DNA of 63,920 bases, filler included, from Octopus bimaculoides (lineage: Eukaryota), in NCBI RefSeq assembly GCF_001194135.2. It is 12 parts of 11 records of this genome, joined end to end, with 100 filler letters (N's around TTAATTAATTAA, not from the genome) between each part and the next. Parts side by side here need not be neighbours in the genome. Positions count along the whole stretch, not along the records: positions 41,792 to 49,597 come from NC_068981.1; positions 49,698 to 51,870 come from NC_069007.1; positions 51,971 to 55,104 come from NC_069003.1; 9 more parts are not named here. One strand, written 5' to 3'. The translations under genes were made by a program, and so were the position numbers. The notes below the pieces were generated by a model. The model was given only the letters and a program-made list of their open reading frames with translations. It was not told the DNA's origin and searched no databases. Positions within the stretch are counted from its first letter, which is position 1; each line of letters starts with the position of its first letter. This document shows, one piece after another, positions 41,692 through 54,601 of the stretch.

Positions 41692-41831
41692 NNNNNNNNN
41701 NNNNNNNNNNNNNNNNNNNNNNNNNNNNNNNNNNNTTAATTAATTAANNNNNNNNNNNNNNNNNNNNNNNNNNNNNNNNNNNNNNNNNNNNGTACATATT
41801 GGTTTAGATCATCATTGAACAAAACCCTTGT

Positions 41832-42163
41832 GTGACAAGTAGCTTGCTTAACAACCACATGGTTCCGGGTTGAGTCCCACTGCGTGGCACCTGGGGCAAG
41901 TGTCTTCTACTATAGCCTCGGGCCGACCAAAGCCTTGTCAGTGGATTTGGTAGACGGAAACTGATAAAAGCCCGTCGTATATATATATATATATATACGC
42001 TTGACAACCGATGCTGGTGTGTTTACGTTCCCTGTAACTTAGCAGTTCGGCAAAAGAGACCGATAGAATAAGCACTAGGATTACAAAGAATAAGTCCTGT
42101 GGTTCGTTTGCTCGACTAAAGGTAGTGCTCCAGCATGACCACAGTCAAATGGCTGAAAAATAA
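41832..42163 (+). mobile_element. SINE family B near-complete copy with short central (TA)n
   Basis: CCACATGGTTCCGGGTTGAGTCCCACTGCGTGGCACC..GCCCGTCG(TA)n..TTGACAACCGATGCTGGTGTGTTTACG..CCAGCATGACCACAGTCAAATGGCTGAAA. Confidence 0.9.
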
Positions 42164-42298
42164 CACACACTCACACACAATTATACATATATGAACATAC
42201 ACACACATGCACATACACGCACACACACAGAGTAACGCACATTTACTCCACACAACCCATACACAACCCCACGCACACACACATACACACACGCATAT

Positions 42299-42350
<52 letters not shown>

Positions 42351-44308
42351 NNNNNNNNNNNNNNNNNNNNNNNNNNNNNNNNNNNNNNNNNNNNNNNNNN
42401 NNNNNNNNNNNNNNNNNNNNNNNNNNNNNNNNNNNNNNNNNNNNNNNNNNNNNNNNNNNNNNNNNNNNNNNNNNNNNNNNNNNNNNNNNNNNNNNNNNNN
42501 NNNNNNNNNNNNNNNNNNNNNNNNNNNNNNNNNNNNNNNNNNNNNNNNNNNNNNNNNNNNNNNNNNNNNNNNNNNNNNNNNNNNNNNNNNNNNNNNNNNN
42601 NNNNNNNNNNNNNNNNNNNNNNNNNNNNNNNNNNNNNNNNNNNNNNNNNNNNNNNNNNNNNNNNNNNNNNNNNNNNNNNNNNNNNNNNNNNNNNNNNNNN
42701 NNNNNNNNNNNNNNNNNNNNNNNNNNNNNNNNNNNNNNNNNNNNNNNNNNNNNNNNNNNNNNNNNNNNNNNNNNNNNNNNNNNNNNNNNNNNNNNNNNNN
42801 NNNNNNNNNNNNNNNNNNNNNNNNNNNNNNNNNNNNNNNNNNNNNNNGCCAAAATCACACACACACACAACAAAACACATACAAAACATATACACACATA
42901 CGCACGCACACGTGCTATTACTACACACACACAACTGCGCGCACGCACATACCCACACATACACATATAGACCTCCTTCTGTTACACTTTCCTGTCTTAG
43001 AAAGAACTTTTTCTTCACCCATTCCCTTCCGGTCGTTTCAAATGTAACCACATGTGAATCGTTGGCGATTTTCTTCCTCCATCTTCCCTTCCTTTGGACT
43101 TTCCTCTATTTCTGAAAAAGAACTTTGCTCGAAACGTTGAATCCTCTTTCTTTCCTTCCCTGAGCGTCTGATAATACATTACTTGTACCACGTCCTCGCG
43201 TTGTTGTTTTTACATGTTTGTTCTTCTTTGTTTGGATTCACTATATATAGTCCCACTTCAGCAAGTATTTTTTACTGTAGCCTAAAGCAGACTAAAGCAT
43301 TGTCAGTGGTTCTGGAATATGGAAACGACGGAAAATGAAAGAAGTCCGTCTTATATGTGTCTGTTTGAGTCTGTGTGAGTGTGCGAGTTTGAAAAGGCGC
43401 CTAGCAAATAATTTGTCAAATATATATGGTAGAACGCCTGTCACCATTCGATTTTTTAAGATCCTAAATATTTTCCTTCAGTCCTATACTTATGTTATTA
43501 TTTGTAACATATGTACTTCGGGAGCCAATTTCAAAAGAGATATCTATATATCTATTCGTCTCACCCCCCCCCCTCTCTCTCTCTCACTCTGTGTGTGTGG
43601 GTTTATATTTATATATATGATTGTACATCCACATACACTGAGCTACTGACCTCGATAACAGTGCATAACTTACGTATGCATGCAAGCCTGCATGTACATA
43701 TGTATGTACACACACACACACACGCATATATACCTTGCTTTCTTGGTTCGACTACCATCCGTGCAACATCTATATTCCTCCCGTTGCCTACCAAATCCTA
43801 TGTTCCTGCCATAAGGCTTTACTTCCACACACGCCAGCTTAATTTAATTCGTCCTTAGTCGAAAGACACCTGTTGTTATGTCCTGTTATTTGCATTTGTA
43901 TTTGTGTACCATTTCTCCGTTTTTTTCGTCCTTGTTTTCGTATACATTCGCTGCTTTCTTCCAAGGAATCTAATGCTCTTAGCTTAGTTTTTTCTTCGGA
44001 ATGGCCAGATTGAAGCAATCTCTAGTATAACCAGCCAAAATTGCAAAGATAATCTGGAACTCGACTGAGGAAAGGAAACTCCGAATGTCCCGTCCTTGTT
44101 TTCTTTGTATCGTCTGTCTGGATGTTTTGCGTTCTTGTCCCATTTTTGTATTTTTTATATATAAAAATATAGCGGCGNNNNNNNNNNNNNNNNNNNNNNN
44201 NNNNNNNNNNNNNNNNNNNNNNNNNNNNNNNNNNNNNNNNNNNNNNNNNNNNNNNNNNNNNNNNNNNNNNNNNNNNNNNNNNNNNNNNNNNNNNNNNNNN
44301 NNNNNNNN

Positions 44309-44343
<35 letters not shown>

Positions 44344-44981
44344 CATACATAAATACATACACAAATACATACACACATAGGTTTATAGCTTTTCCTAACA
44401 GTATTCCGTTATTCTGACCTTTTTCTCCTTATCCGTGGACAATCTGCAGGAGGGTTTCATCGAATTGCTCACTTCTGATATGTTTTTAGACTTTCGTTTC
44501 CTGGAAGTTTAAGTTTAGTCTTGCTCCAAAAACCAGTTAAAGTTCCAACACAAAGAAAAAAAAAACATCTGAATTATTGTTTCTTATTGTTCCTTATATT
44601 TTTCTGAGAATGCTGTCTTTTTTGTTGATATAGAAACGACACTAATTTGCACAAACTGTGGATTTGTTGCCGAAGTGCAGTAGAGACTGCGCTTCAAGTG
44701 CACGAATTGATTTTAATATTGTCATTTTTCAAGTATAATTTGTGGCATGACAATTCCTTGCTGTCTCTTATCTTTATGTTTAAAGGTAAAATTGTGAAGT
44801 TTATACTTCCTTATCAAATTTACGATAATATATGTGTATGTATGTGTGTGTGTGTATGTATGTATCTCTTATCTTTTATTCTGTGTGGACAATTCCTTTC
44901 ACATCGATGAAACAAATCAGCATCGTCTTGACATTGGCTTTCACTCGACGTACTTTTGTTGGACGGGGGTGGGGGAGAGAA

Positions 44982-45292
44982 GGACTTATTCTTTGTAAGT
45001 CTACTACTTATTCTATCGGTCTGTTTGGCCGAACCGCTAAGTTACGAGGACGTGAAAATACTAACGTCTGTTGTCAAGCAATGGTGGGGGACAAACACAG
45101 ACACACAAACATGCTCATATATATATATATAAATATATATATGACAGGCTTCCTTCAGTTTCCGTCTACCAAATCCACTCACAAGGCTTTGGTCGGCCCG
45201 AGGTAATAGTAGAAGACACTTGCCCGCAGTGGGACTGAACCCGGAACTATGCGGTTAGTAAGCAAGCATCTTACCACACAGTCACTCCTGTA
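44982..45292 (-). mobile_element. SINE family B near-complete copy
   Basis: AGGACTTATTCTTTGTAAG..GCCGAACCGCTAAG..[microsatellite]..CAGTTTCCGTCTACCAAATCCACTCACAAGGCTTTGGTCGGCCCGAGG..CTTACCACACAG. Confidence 0.9.
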
Positions 45293-46220
45293 CGTATGTA
45301 TATGTGTTCATCTGATTGTCCATGTCTGATTCTAAGAGATAGCGAAAGATGAATGACAGACAGATAAAACAGACATTACACACACAAATATACGCCATTA
45401 ATAACAACATAAAACAACATAAAACAACATATCAAAAATAAACAGAGCAGAATATAAAACAATAAAAATAAAACAGAATTGAACAAAACAACAAAAAATA
45501 AATACGAGGATAGAAGATACGAGAAGAAAGGGTAGAGAAGAAGAAAACCCGGTAGTACAGGGGTGGGGATAGGAAAAAGGAAGCGGTGGTGAGGAGGATG
45601 GGTAAAAAAAAAAAAGATGGCACCGTGTACCGTGTAGCAAGTTAATTGTATCATTGTTGCCTGTGAGCACTTGTTGGGCAAAACGGTATTAATAATGTTC
45701 CGATAGCAGCATGATGTCTTTGAGAAAGCCAAAGCAAATACACACACACACACACCACCACCATCTTTATGACATTCTTCTTCACTTCCTATCTCCCCCT
45801 CCCCACCCCCAGCCCCTTACCATTATTCTACAATTACTATAAACGCGGTTGCAATGTCGAGAGCATTAACCGAAAATTATTGGCCTCTTACACCGTTTCC
45901 TTTCCTCTCTCTTTCTCTCTCTCTCTCTCTCACCCGCTTTTCAAACACATTTTCTCCTTGTGTTTCTTCATTTTACTATCTGTCTGTCTGTCCGTGTGTC
46001 TATCTTCATTGTTTCTTTATATANNNNNNNNNNNNNNNNNNNNNNNNNNNNNNNNNNNNTATATATATATATATATATATATGGTAGTCTTCATTCGTTT
46101 CAATGTTTCTCCGTGTTCCACAATTCCACTTCAGCGCTCTTAAAAAAAATATCTTCACTTCCTCATCATCATCTTCCTGTTGTTTCATTATATTTGATGT
46201 GAGAAATCATTAATGTCATA

Positions 46221-46262
<42 letters not shown>

Positions 46263-46471
46263 GTTATTATTATTACATACATATGTAGTTATTCAGATGA
46301 ACAAGGACAATTATGCTCTATCTCATACAGCATTTAAGCACAGAACACATGCATACATACAAACACATACAGACACACACACACACATACACACACTTAT
46401 AGACATGGAAGTGTCAAAATGTTTTTAAATATTACTCCCACGCAATATATACATGTGTACATACACATGCA

Positions 46472-46526
<55 letters not shown>

Positions 46527-46683
46527 TTAACTATCCATCTATTTATTTATCTGTCTGTCTGTCTGTCTGTTTGTCCATATGTCTGTCTATCTATCTGTAT
46601 GTGAGTGTGTATATGTGTATGTGGATGTATATATTTATGTTTAGATGTCCATATACATATGTGTATACATACACCTATATATA

Positions 46684-46714
<31 letters not shown>

Positions 46715-46774
46715 GTGTATGTATGTATGTCTGTCTGTGTGTGTATATATATATATATATATATNNNNNNNNNN

Positions 46775-46818
<44 letters not shown>

Positions 46819-47260
46819 GACACACTCACATCTGTGTGTATGCTCATATACGATCGGGAGAAAGAGACAAAGAGTCATTAACCAACATCCGCAACATATA
46901 ACCCGCCATCCTATCTCCATAACAAACACACTATACACTCCCACGCAGTCGTACACATCCATATAGATTTTAACACACACACAAATACACACACATACAT
47001 ATTTTTTCACATACATTCGCACATGGACATACATGAGGTTCTGTTCAGATCAACTAACAGACAAGATAGATAGGTTTTTTTTAGTTCTTTTTTATCAAGA
47101 ACAAATCTCAATGGTGGGAGATGATTTGACGTGATTAACATTTACTGAATAACAAAACAATACTTCTTACTCCATAGAGCTTAAGATAGTCACATCGTCA
47201 AACTTTTTAATTTTCTTAAGTCTCTTTCACACCCACCGCGGTTACTTATCGCTTTCAACC

Positions 47261-47338
<78 letters not shown>

Positions 47339-47648
47339 AACGATAGAACAGAAACAACACAACGAGTGGAAATCAACAAATCACAAACATGCGGAAAAAT
47401 AGGCAATACCACGACGAACGGCAAACAGGACAAGAACAAGATACACGGATCATTTGAAGTCGATTTCTTCATCAGTGGGAATCCGGAAAGTCTTTGCCGT
47501 TTCGCGCCCTTATCCCAGATACGACTCGAATCTGGAGGGTGCCAGGGACTTAAGTGAAAGGCATTAAGCCTCTGAGAAAGGCAAACGAATGTATACAAGT
47601 ACGACAACAGGAACAGAAACGAAAACAGGAAAGCTAGAATTATACACG

Positions 47649-47721
<73 letters not shown>

Positions 47722-48337
47722 NNNNNNNNNNNNNNNNNNNNNNNNNNNNNNNNNNNNNNNNNNNNNNNNNNNNNNNNNNNNNNNNNNNNNNNNNNNNNNN
47801 NNNNNNNNNNNNNNNNNNNNNNNNNNNNNNNNNNNNNNNNNNNNNNNNNNNNNNNNNNNNNNNNNNNNNNNNNNNNNNNNNNNNNNNNNNNNNNNNNNNN
47901 NNNNNNNNNNNNNNNNNNNNNNNNNNNNNNNNNNNNNNNNNNNNNNNNNNNNNNNNNNNNNNNNNNNNNNNNNNNNNNNNNNNNNNNNNNNNNNNNNNNN
48001 NNNNNNNNNNNNNNNNNNNNNNNNNNNNNNNNNNNNNNNNNNNNNNNNNNNNNNNNNNNNNNNNNNNNNNNNNNNNNNNNNNNNNNNNNNNNNNNNNNNN
48101 NNNNNNNNNNNNNNNNNNNNNNNNNNNNNNNNNNNNNNNNNNNNNNNNNNNNNNNNNNNNNNNNNNNNNNNNNNNNNNNNNNNNNNNNNNNNNNNNNNNN
48201 NNNNNNNNNNNNNNNNNNNNNNNNNNNNNNNNNNNNNNNNNNNNNNNNNNNNNNNNNNNNNNATATATATATAAGATTAGCGTGACCCCTGCTCGTGAAG
48301 CGTTCCATATGTTTTAGCTACGGTGGTGGTCCGCTAT

Positions 48338-48600
48338 GGGCATATGGCGTAGTGGTTAAGAGCGCGGGCTACTAACCCCAAGATTCCGAGTTCGATTCCA
48401 GGCGGTGACCTGAATAATAATAATAATAATAATAATAACAACAACAACAACAACAACAACATCGGAAATATACCTGAGGAATGAGAACTCAGATTCGTAA
48501 TTCCCCCCGGACACCTGATGAAGGCTGGAGACTACATGAGCGGAAAGGTTGTGATAAATATCCGTCAAATGTAAATAATGTAAATAATGTGCATGTAACT
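48338..48600 (+). mobile_element. SINE family E: tRNA-like head, (AAT/AAC)n, tail with degenerate hammerhead-like core
   Basis: A box TGGCGTAGTGG (48345-55), B box GTTCGATTCC (48390-99), CTGATGA (48515-21), GAAA (48543-46), terminal TGTAAATAA repeats. Confidence 0.7.
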
Positions 48601-48659
48601 TGTTTAGTCGGAGGTAGGAACCTCTGCTGTAAAGAAATCGCATTCTTTTTTAGAAACAC

Positions 48660-48880
48660 TAAGGCGATGGTGCTGGCGCATTCGTTAGCAAGTCAGGCAA
48701 AGTGTTTACCGGCTTTTCGTCCGTCTTTACGTTCTGAGTTTAAATTGCGCCAGGATCGAATTTGCTTTTCCTTTTTCCGGGGTCGATAAAATAAGTACCA
48801 GTTAAAGCACTTGGTGTCGATTTAATCGACTTATCTTCTCTTCGGAATTGCTGGCCATGCGCCAGAATTTTAAGTCAATA
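48660..48880 (+). mobile_element. SINE family A degenerate copy, tail type 3
   Basis: AAGGCG..GCTGGCGCATTCGTTAGC..TTTACGTTCTGAGTTTAAAT..GGGGTCGATAAAATAAGTACCAGTT..GAATTGCTGGCCATGCGCCAGAATTT. Confidence 0.82.
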
Positions 48881-49566
48881 TTTGATACGTATACATTTCT
48901 AAACTGGTATAAGGTAATACGTAATAGAGTTGTGCATAAATTACTTGAATTTCCTGATTGCCAGTATTTTGATTGCAGTTTAATTAATTATTATCGCTGT
49001 ACATTTGAGACAGGTGTATCTGTGAATTACAAGAGGTTCTCTTACTCTATTGCTTTCTTTTCAAGTATGTTTGTTACTATTTTGAAGGTGAGGATTTTAC
49101 GAAGACTTTTCTGAAAAATCTCAAAGGATTCTTTTTAGAAAATATGCATAAGATACACTGGCAAGTATTGAGATATTTCTATAGAATTTAAAGCCACCAT
49201 TAAAAATTACGATGCTTTGTATACGAATAGGTCTAGATAAACAATGTGATCGAGGATAAAGAAATGGGCGAAAATGTATATTTCATGAGTTATGTTACTT
49301 CTTCCGCAGCACATCCAACGCATTATCTGTAGGGAAAGTATGGCCCGTGGTCCTAGCCTTGAATGAATTTTAAAGCTAATGGTGAGGTAAGTTTGGGCAA
49401 TGCTGGCAGTATTTTCTCCACATCGTGCAAATGATGTATCACTCATAGCGGCACTGGAGAAATTAGAGTTTCAATGCTTTAAGGCGGTCCCAGTAATTGA
49501 GATAAGTCATGACCTTAATTCGTTTACTGAATGCCCACTGGGGTAATTCAATTTTCGAAAGGTTTA

Positions 49567-49597
<31 letters not shown>

Positions 49598-49989
49598 NNN
49601 NNNNNNNNNNNNNNNNNNNNNNNNNNNNNNNNNNNNNNNNNTTAATTAATTAANNNNNNNNNNNNNNNNNNNNNNNNNNNNNNNNNNNNNNNNNNNNGGT
49701 AAGATTTTAGTCTCTGGGTGGAAATTGAACCCAGAACAGCAAAGGCCTGGAACGGATACTGCAAAGCATCTCGTCTGACGTTCGGACAATTCCACAACTC
49801 AACCGCTTTTGTCTGGTACTCTATTGATTGCAGAGTGATGAAAGGTAAAGATGGTCTCAGCGGGAATTGAACTTCGAGTTATACGTAGGCAGCGTCGTTC
49901 GCAAATTAGCACATTCGCGCGTGAATGGATTTATTTACACGATTTTGGGCACGACCTACCTACCCCTCACCTCATTTGTGGACTCGTAG

Positions 49990-50020
49990 TAGTTTGCAGA
50001 CCCTTAGCTGGAGACCACTG
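49990..50020. mobile_element. hAT/Charlie-like right terminus
   Basis: ..GACCCTTAGCTGGAGACCACTG resembles the reverse complement of the CAGTGGCTCTCAACC end at 6218. Confidence 0.35.
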
Positions 50021-51960
50021 ATACAGCATGTAATATATGTGGCAGATTTTGTATTGCAAATTCCATGTCGGCATGTGAATTAGTACATTGTATTTCTGTT
50101 AGAAAATACCCCTTTTTCTGTTGAATAGACATTCAGAGATATATCGTAACTAGGACATCATGGTCACCATCAAAACTTCACGATGTAATATTGGAAATCG
50201 AAGAATTTATAGCAAGAATATTGGTAGAGTACTAAATACCACCTCATTGCCTAGGAATTGAACCTGAAACACTGTATTGAGACGAAAAATAAGTGTAAAC
50301 ACCAAAAGAGGTTTTTGTCAGGGATTGATGACGTCAGCGAGGAGTGAGTCAATCAAATCCTTGCGAGATACATTCATAACCTGTTTTTATCAGTAGCTAG
50401 ATTACCGGCGAAAACAAAATAGACTCATCAGATGCGTAACTCATTAGAATTCCACTTCTTGGCAGCGTTGAGGATCTGCGACAAGGCGTTCATGCAACTA
50501 CTGAGCAAAACGGCAATGCTCTGTACATACAGCATGCTGAAGGAATGATCCCAGCAAGGGTGAATCATGCAACGAAATCCGGAAGTTGGTTTAGTTTTAC
50601 AACATATTGAAATGTCATTAACAACTTTGTCTGTGGTGTCCTTTCTTTCACAGACTATATATATAGAAACTGTTTTTATGGTGACCATCAGTGGTCGTAA
50701 GACAGCTACGGTAGTACTCAATGGCTACAGCAGTTTTCTATGATTCGTGACGCACACGAACTGAGCTACTTGGTATAAATATATCTTTTTCATCGTCGTC
50801 ATGAGAGCGTTTTTTTGTTAATGATAAAATAAGTATTTTTGTATTTAGACTTCACACAAATTATGTTCTGACAACTAACCAAATATTTTGTTGTTACAAA
50901 TTAAAGAATCCATTTTTGTTAAACAATTAAAGCTCATCATCAATAACATACAAGAGTTGTGTTACATGGCGATTTTAACACTATCAGTTGCCACATATCA
51001 CTTTCCTTTCATACCTTCGTTTATCTGTACAGTTCAAAGTTGATTTTTCTTTAGAAGGGCTTTTAAGCCGAAATATTAAAATATAGATTAAAACCATAAG
51101 TATTATTTTTTTGTTTAACTTATATTTCCATTCCTTTATTTCCAACTTGCTAGAGAATAAACACTGTTCTAAATATGCATATATTTAGTTTTACTAAATG
51201 TAGGTAGTAAAAATGTAATTTTTGTGTAGGAGAGATAAAAACAACTATTAACTGAAAAAAAAAAAAAATGCAAAATGAAAATCGAGTGTTGATGGTAGCT
51301 TTATTAATATAAAGATTATATTAGAAATGTATCTTCAATAATAATAAAAATCGGTTTGAGTATCGGAAATCTTTCTCGGTTTAGAGTGGTAGATGTAAGG
51401 TTAGTTATAATCGTCTGCTGCATCGGAGAGCGTACTTCAGTGTTTCATATAAGAAAAATAGAGGAGCCCATTACAAGGAGGATTTTCAAGCTGGAAAAAC
51501 AGAAGGAAAATCATTCAAATGACTGGAATATTAAGTGTGTTAGTGGGAGGGAGTGGGGTGAGACGATTCTTCGTTGTTGATGAACGAAATTCCAATTTAG
51601 CGTGTGAGAGTTACTATAAGATATAAAGATATGGCAAGATTAGATATTAGATGCAAACCATGTTTAGAACAGATGGAATTAATTAAGCAACATATGGTAT
51701 CAGATAATTGTTTAAGTGATCAAATTATTATATTTTCTTCAAAAATATATTTCATTGATGCTATTTAAAAATATTTGAAAAAGAAAGAAACTAAGATGAA
51801 TAAATAAATCATTGAAAATACACCAGAGAATAGTTCCGAAAAAATGAAAATGAATTTAAAAAGAATAAAANNNNNNNNNNNNNNNNNNNNNNNNNNNNNN
51901 NNNNNNNNNNNNNNTTAATTAATTAANNNNNNNNNNNNNNNNNNNNNNNNNNNNNNNNNN

Positions 51961-52180
51961 NNNNNNNNNNAGAAGAAGAAGAAGAAGAAGAAGAAGAAGA
52001 GAAAGAAGAAGAGAAAGAAGAAGAGAAAGAAGAAGAAGAAAAAGAAGAAGAAGAAGAAGAAGAAGAAGAAGAAGAAGAAGAAGAAGAAGAAGAAGAAGAA
52101 GAAAACGAAGAAGAAGAAGATGATGAGGATGATGATGATGATGGTAGTGGTGGCGGCGGTGGCGGTGATGGTGAAGAAGA
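51961..52180 (+). repeat. (GAA)n/(GAGAAA) polypurine tract grading into (GAT)n and (GGT/GGC)n
   Basis: Directly visible. Confidence 0.92.
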
Positions 52181-52477
52181 AGGAGTCGTTATCGTCGAAC
52201 GACAACCACAAATTACAAGGCGCAAAAAGATGAAAGATGAAAGAAGAAAGAAGAATGAACAAAGAAAGCAAGGAGAAGGAGAAAAAAAGAAAGCGAAAAA
52301 GAGAAACGAAGATATTGAACTTTGCCATCTCGACATCAGTAATGCGACATAAAAAGATTATCGGATTAACTAAACCCACAAGGGGAATATCTTGGTAATT
52401 GCATTAGTTAATACTATATTAACAGTTGGGATTACACAGGGATTTGACGACGTGACAATCACAGTTTAGCGCCCACC

Positions 52478-52517
<40 letters not shown>

Positions 52518-52557
52518 TTATCTATCCATCTATCTATCTATCTATCTATCTATCTAA

Positions 52558-52617
<60 letters not shown>

Positions 52618-52731
52618 CTTAAAGAGGGAAAAGAAAGGTACAATCAGGAGCGAATTGGAAGTGCGCGCTTTGAGCAGCGGTGTATGGCAACATCAGACTA
52701 TCTGGTCGATACAGGTAATAACAGACAACTG

Positions 52732-52829
<98 letters not shown>

Positions 52830-53214
52830 GGATCTTTGCCGGTTTCGATGATGAGTACTCAGTTGTTCTATCAACTCTTAGGGCTAACAAAACGTTTTCA
52901 AATCTCATTTTACACACCATATATATATTCCATCGAATTCAGAGACGAAATCAACTTGATATCGCTGTCTCAATTCCTCTAACCACTCTTAAGTAGAAAA
53001 ACTAATAAAATTCCCGATAAAATTGTGAAAAATCATCGGGACAGATCGGTCTTACATAAACGGGACAGATTAATGCAACCTATGCATTGCAGAAAAATCT
53101 TGCATATTAGTAAAAACGGATAATATCTTAAACAGAAGAGATCAAACATTCACTTAATAGCCACACAAGAACAAGATATTTGCATGAAAACATTTAAAAC
53201 AAGCAGCATAAGTA

Positions 53215-53748
53215 ATATAAATTATCTAGCATAAACTGCCTCTCCATGCCTCTGATGCTATCCAAGAGAAAGGCAAAAGCTGATACAGCTTGGCACCAGG
53301 GATGTTGCAACTCATTTCTACAGCTGAGTGAACTGGAGCAACGTAAAATAAAGTGTCTTGTTGAAGAACATAACACACAGCCCGATCCAAGAATTGAACT
53401 TACAAAGACCTCCTTCGGTCATGAATGACCATGGGACCGCACCTAGAAAGTTCCTTTCCTAGGCACAAATTTGAGTAAGGTTGCTTTATGGAAGACCAGC
53501 AGTCACCAATGCATAGCACCCTCCCTTCTCCACACCACTGATGTTATCCAAGGGAAAGGCAAAGGGGCCGGTACAGCTTGGCACCAGTGACGTTGTAACT
53601 CATTTCTATAGATGTGAGAAGTGGAGCAACGTGAAATGAAGTGTCTTGCTCGAGGAAAAATATCATAGCCTGGTCAAGACTGGGAATCAAACTCACAACC
53701 TCACGGTCGTAAGCCCAGCGTTCTGTTCTAACCACTAAGCCATGCGCC
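53215..53748 (-). mobile_element. SINE family D: full copy (53404-53748) directly followed by a 5'-truncated copy (53215-53402)
   Basis: Reverse complement GGCGCATGGCTTAGTGGTTAG..GAGTTTGATTCCC..GAGCAAGACACTTCATTTCACGTTGCTCC..AGAAATGAGTT..GGTGCCAAGCTGTA. The middle block occurs twice and resembles conserved central SINE domains (GCAAGACACTT..TTGCTCC). Confidence 0.85.
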
Positions 53749-54299
53749 GTCACATAATTATATATATTGTAAGTGTATGTGTGCNNNNNNNNNNNNNNNN
53801 NNNNNNNNNNNNNNNNNNNNNNNNNNNNNNNNNNNNNNNNNNNNNNNNNNNNNNNNNNNNNNNNNNNNNNNNNNNNNNNNNNNNNNNNNNNNNNNNNNNN
53901 NNNNNNNNNNNNNNNNNNNNNNNNNNNNNNNNNNNNNNNNNNNNNNNNNNNNNNNNNNNNNNNNNNNNNNNNNNNNNNNNNNNNNNNNNNNNNNNNNNNN
54001 NNNNNNNNNNNNNNNNNNNNNNNNNNNNNNNNNNNNNNNNNNNNNNNNNNNNNNNNNNNNNNNNNNNNNNNNNNNNNNNNNNNTCTATGCATAAGGACAG
54101 ATGTAATGCGGTATCTGTTTGAAAGTGAGGGGACATAAATGAGGCCATAACCCCCATGAAAATTCATATATTTTTGCTGTTGATGAAATTTTAACCATAG
54201 ATATTAGACACAAATGAAGTAATATTCCTAAAATTTCAACTTCTTAGGAGTTAGTAAGACTCCTTAACCCCTACAATTTAGTCATGTGGTCCGTGGGAA

Positions 54300-54570
54300 G
54301 AGCCATTTTAACGATGCGTCCTGCCCTAACTCTTCGAAACGCCAGTGTTAGAATGGAGGCAGCTGATGAAGGAAATGTTCTCNNNNNNNNNNAACTCTTC
54401 GAAACGCCAGTGTTAGAATGGAGGCAGCTGATGAAGGAAATGTTCTCTATGTGGCCTGTGTGTTTTCTGTACTCTGTTCATCATTTGTCTATGTTTTGTT
54501 TGCAACGTCCTGTACCCAGATATGCATCTGTATATACAGGTAGATGTAGATATGTACATACATGTACGTA
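54300..54570 (+). mobile_element. Unclassified dispersed repeat, possibly a Penelope-type terminal repeat; second copy at 63770-63905 (-)
   Basis: Both copies share CAGCTGATGAAGG(A/G)A and AACGTCCTGTACCC(A/T)GATATGCAT..GTAGATGTA. Confidence 0.6.
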
Positions 54571-54601
54571 TATATGCATATATATACGTATATATATATA
54601 T

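Noticed and set aside
48338-48410. Possible genuine tRNA gene
   Set aside because: Acceptor and T stems are mismatched and the sequence continues into a SINE body; treated as a SINE head.
50428-50721. 97-aa minus-strand ORF
   Set aside because: No recognisable domain, and it overlaps an equally weak plus-strand exon candidate.
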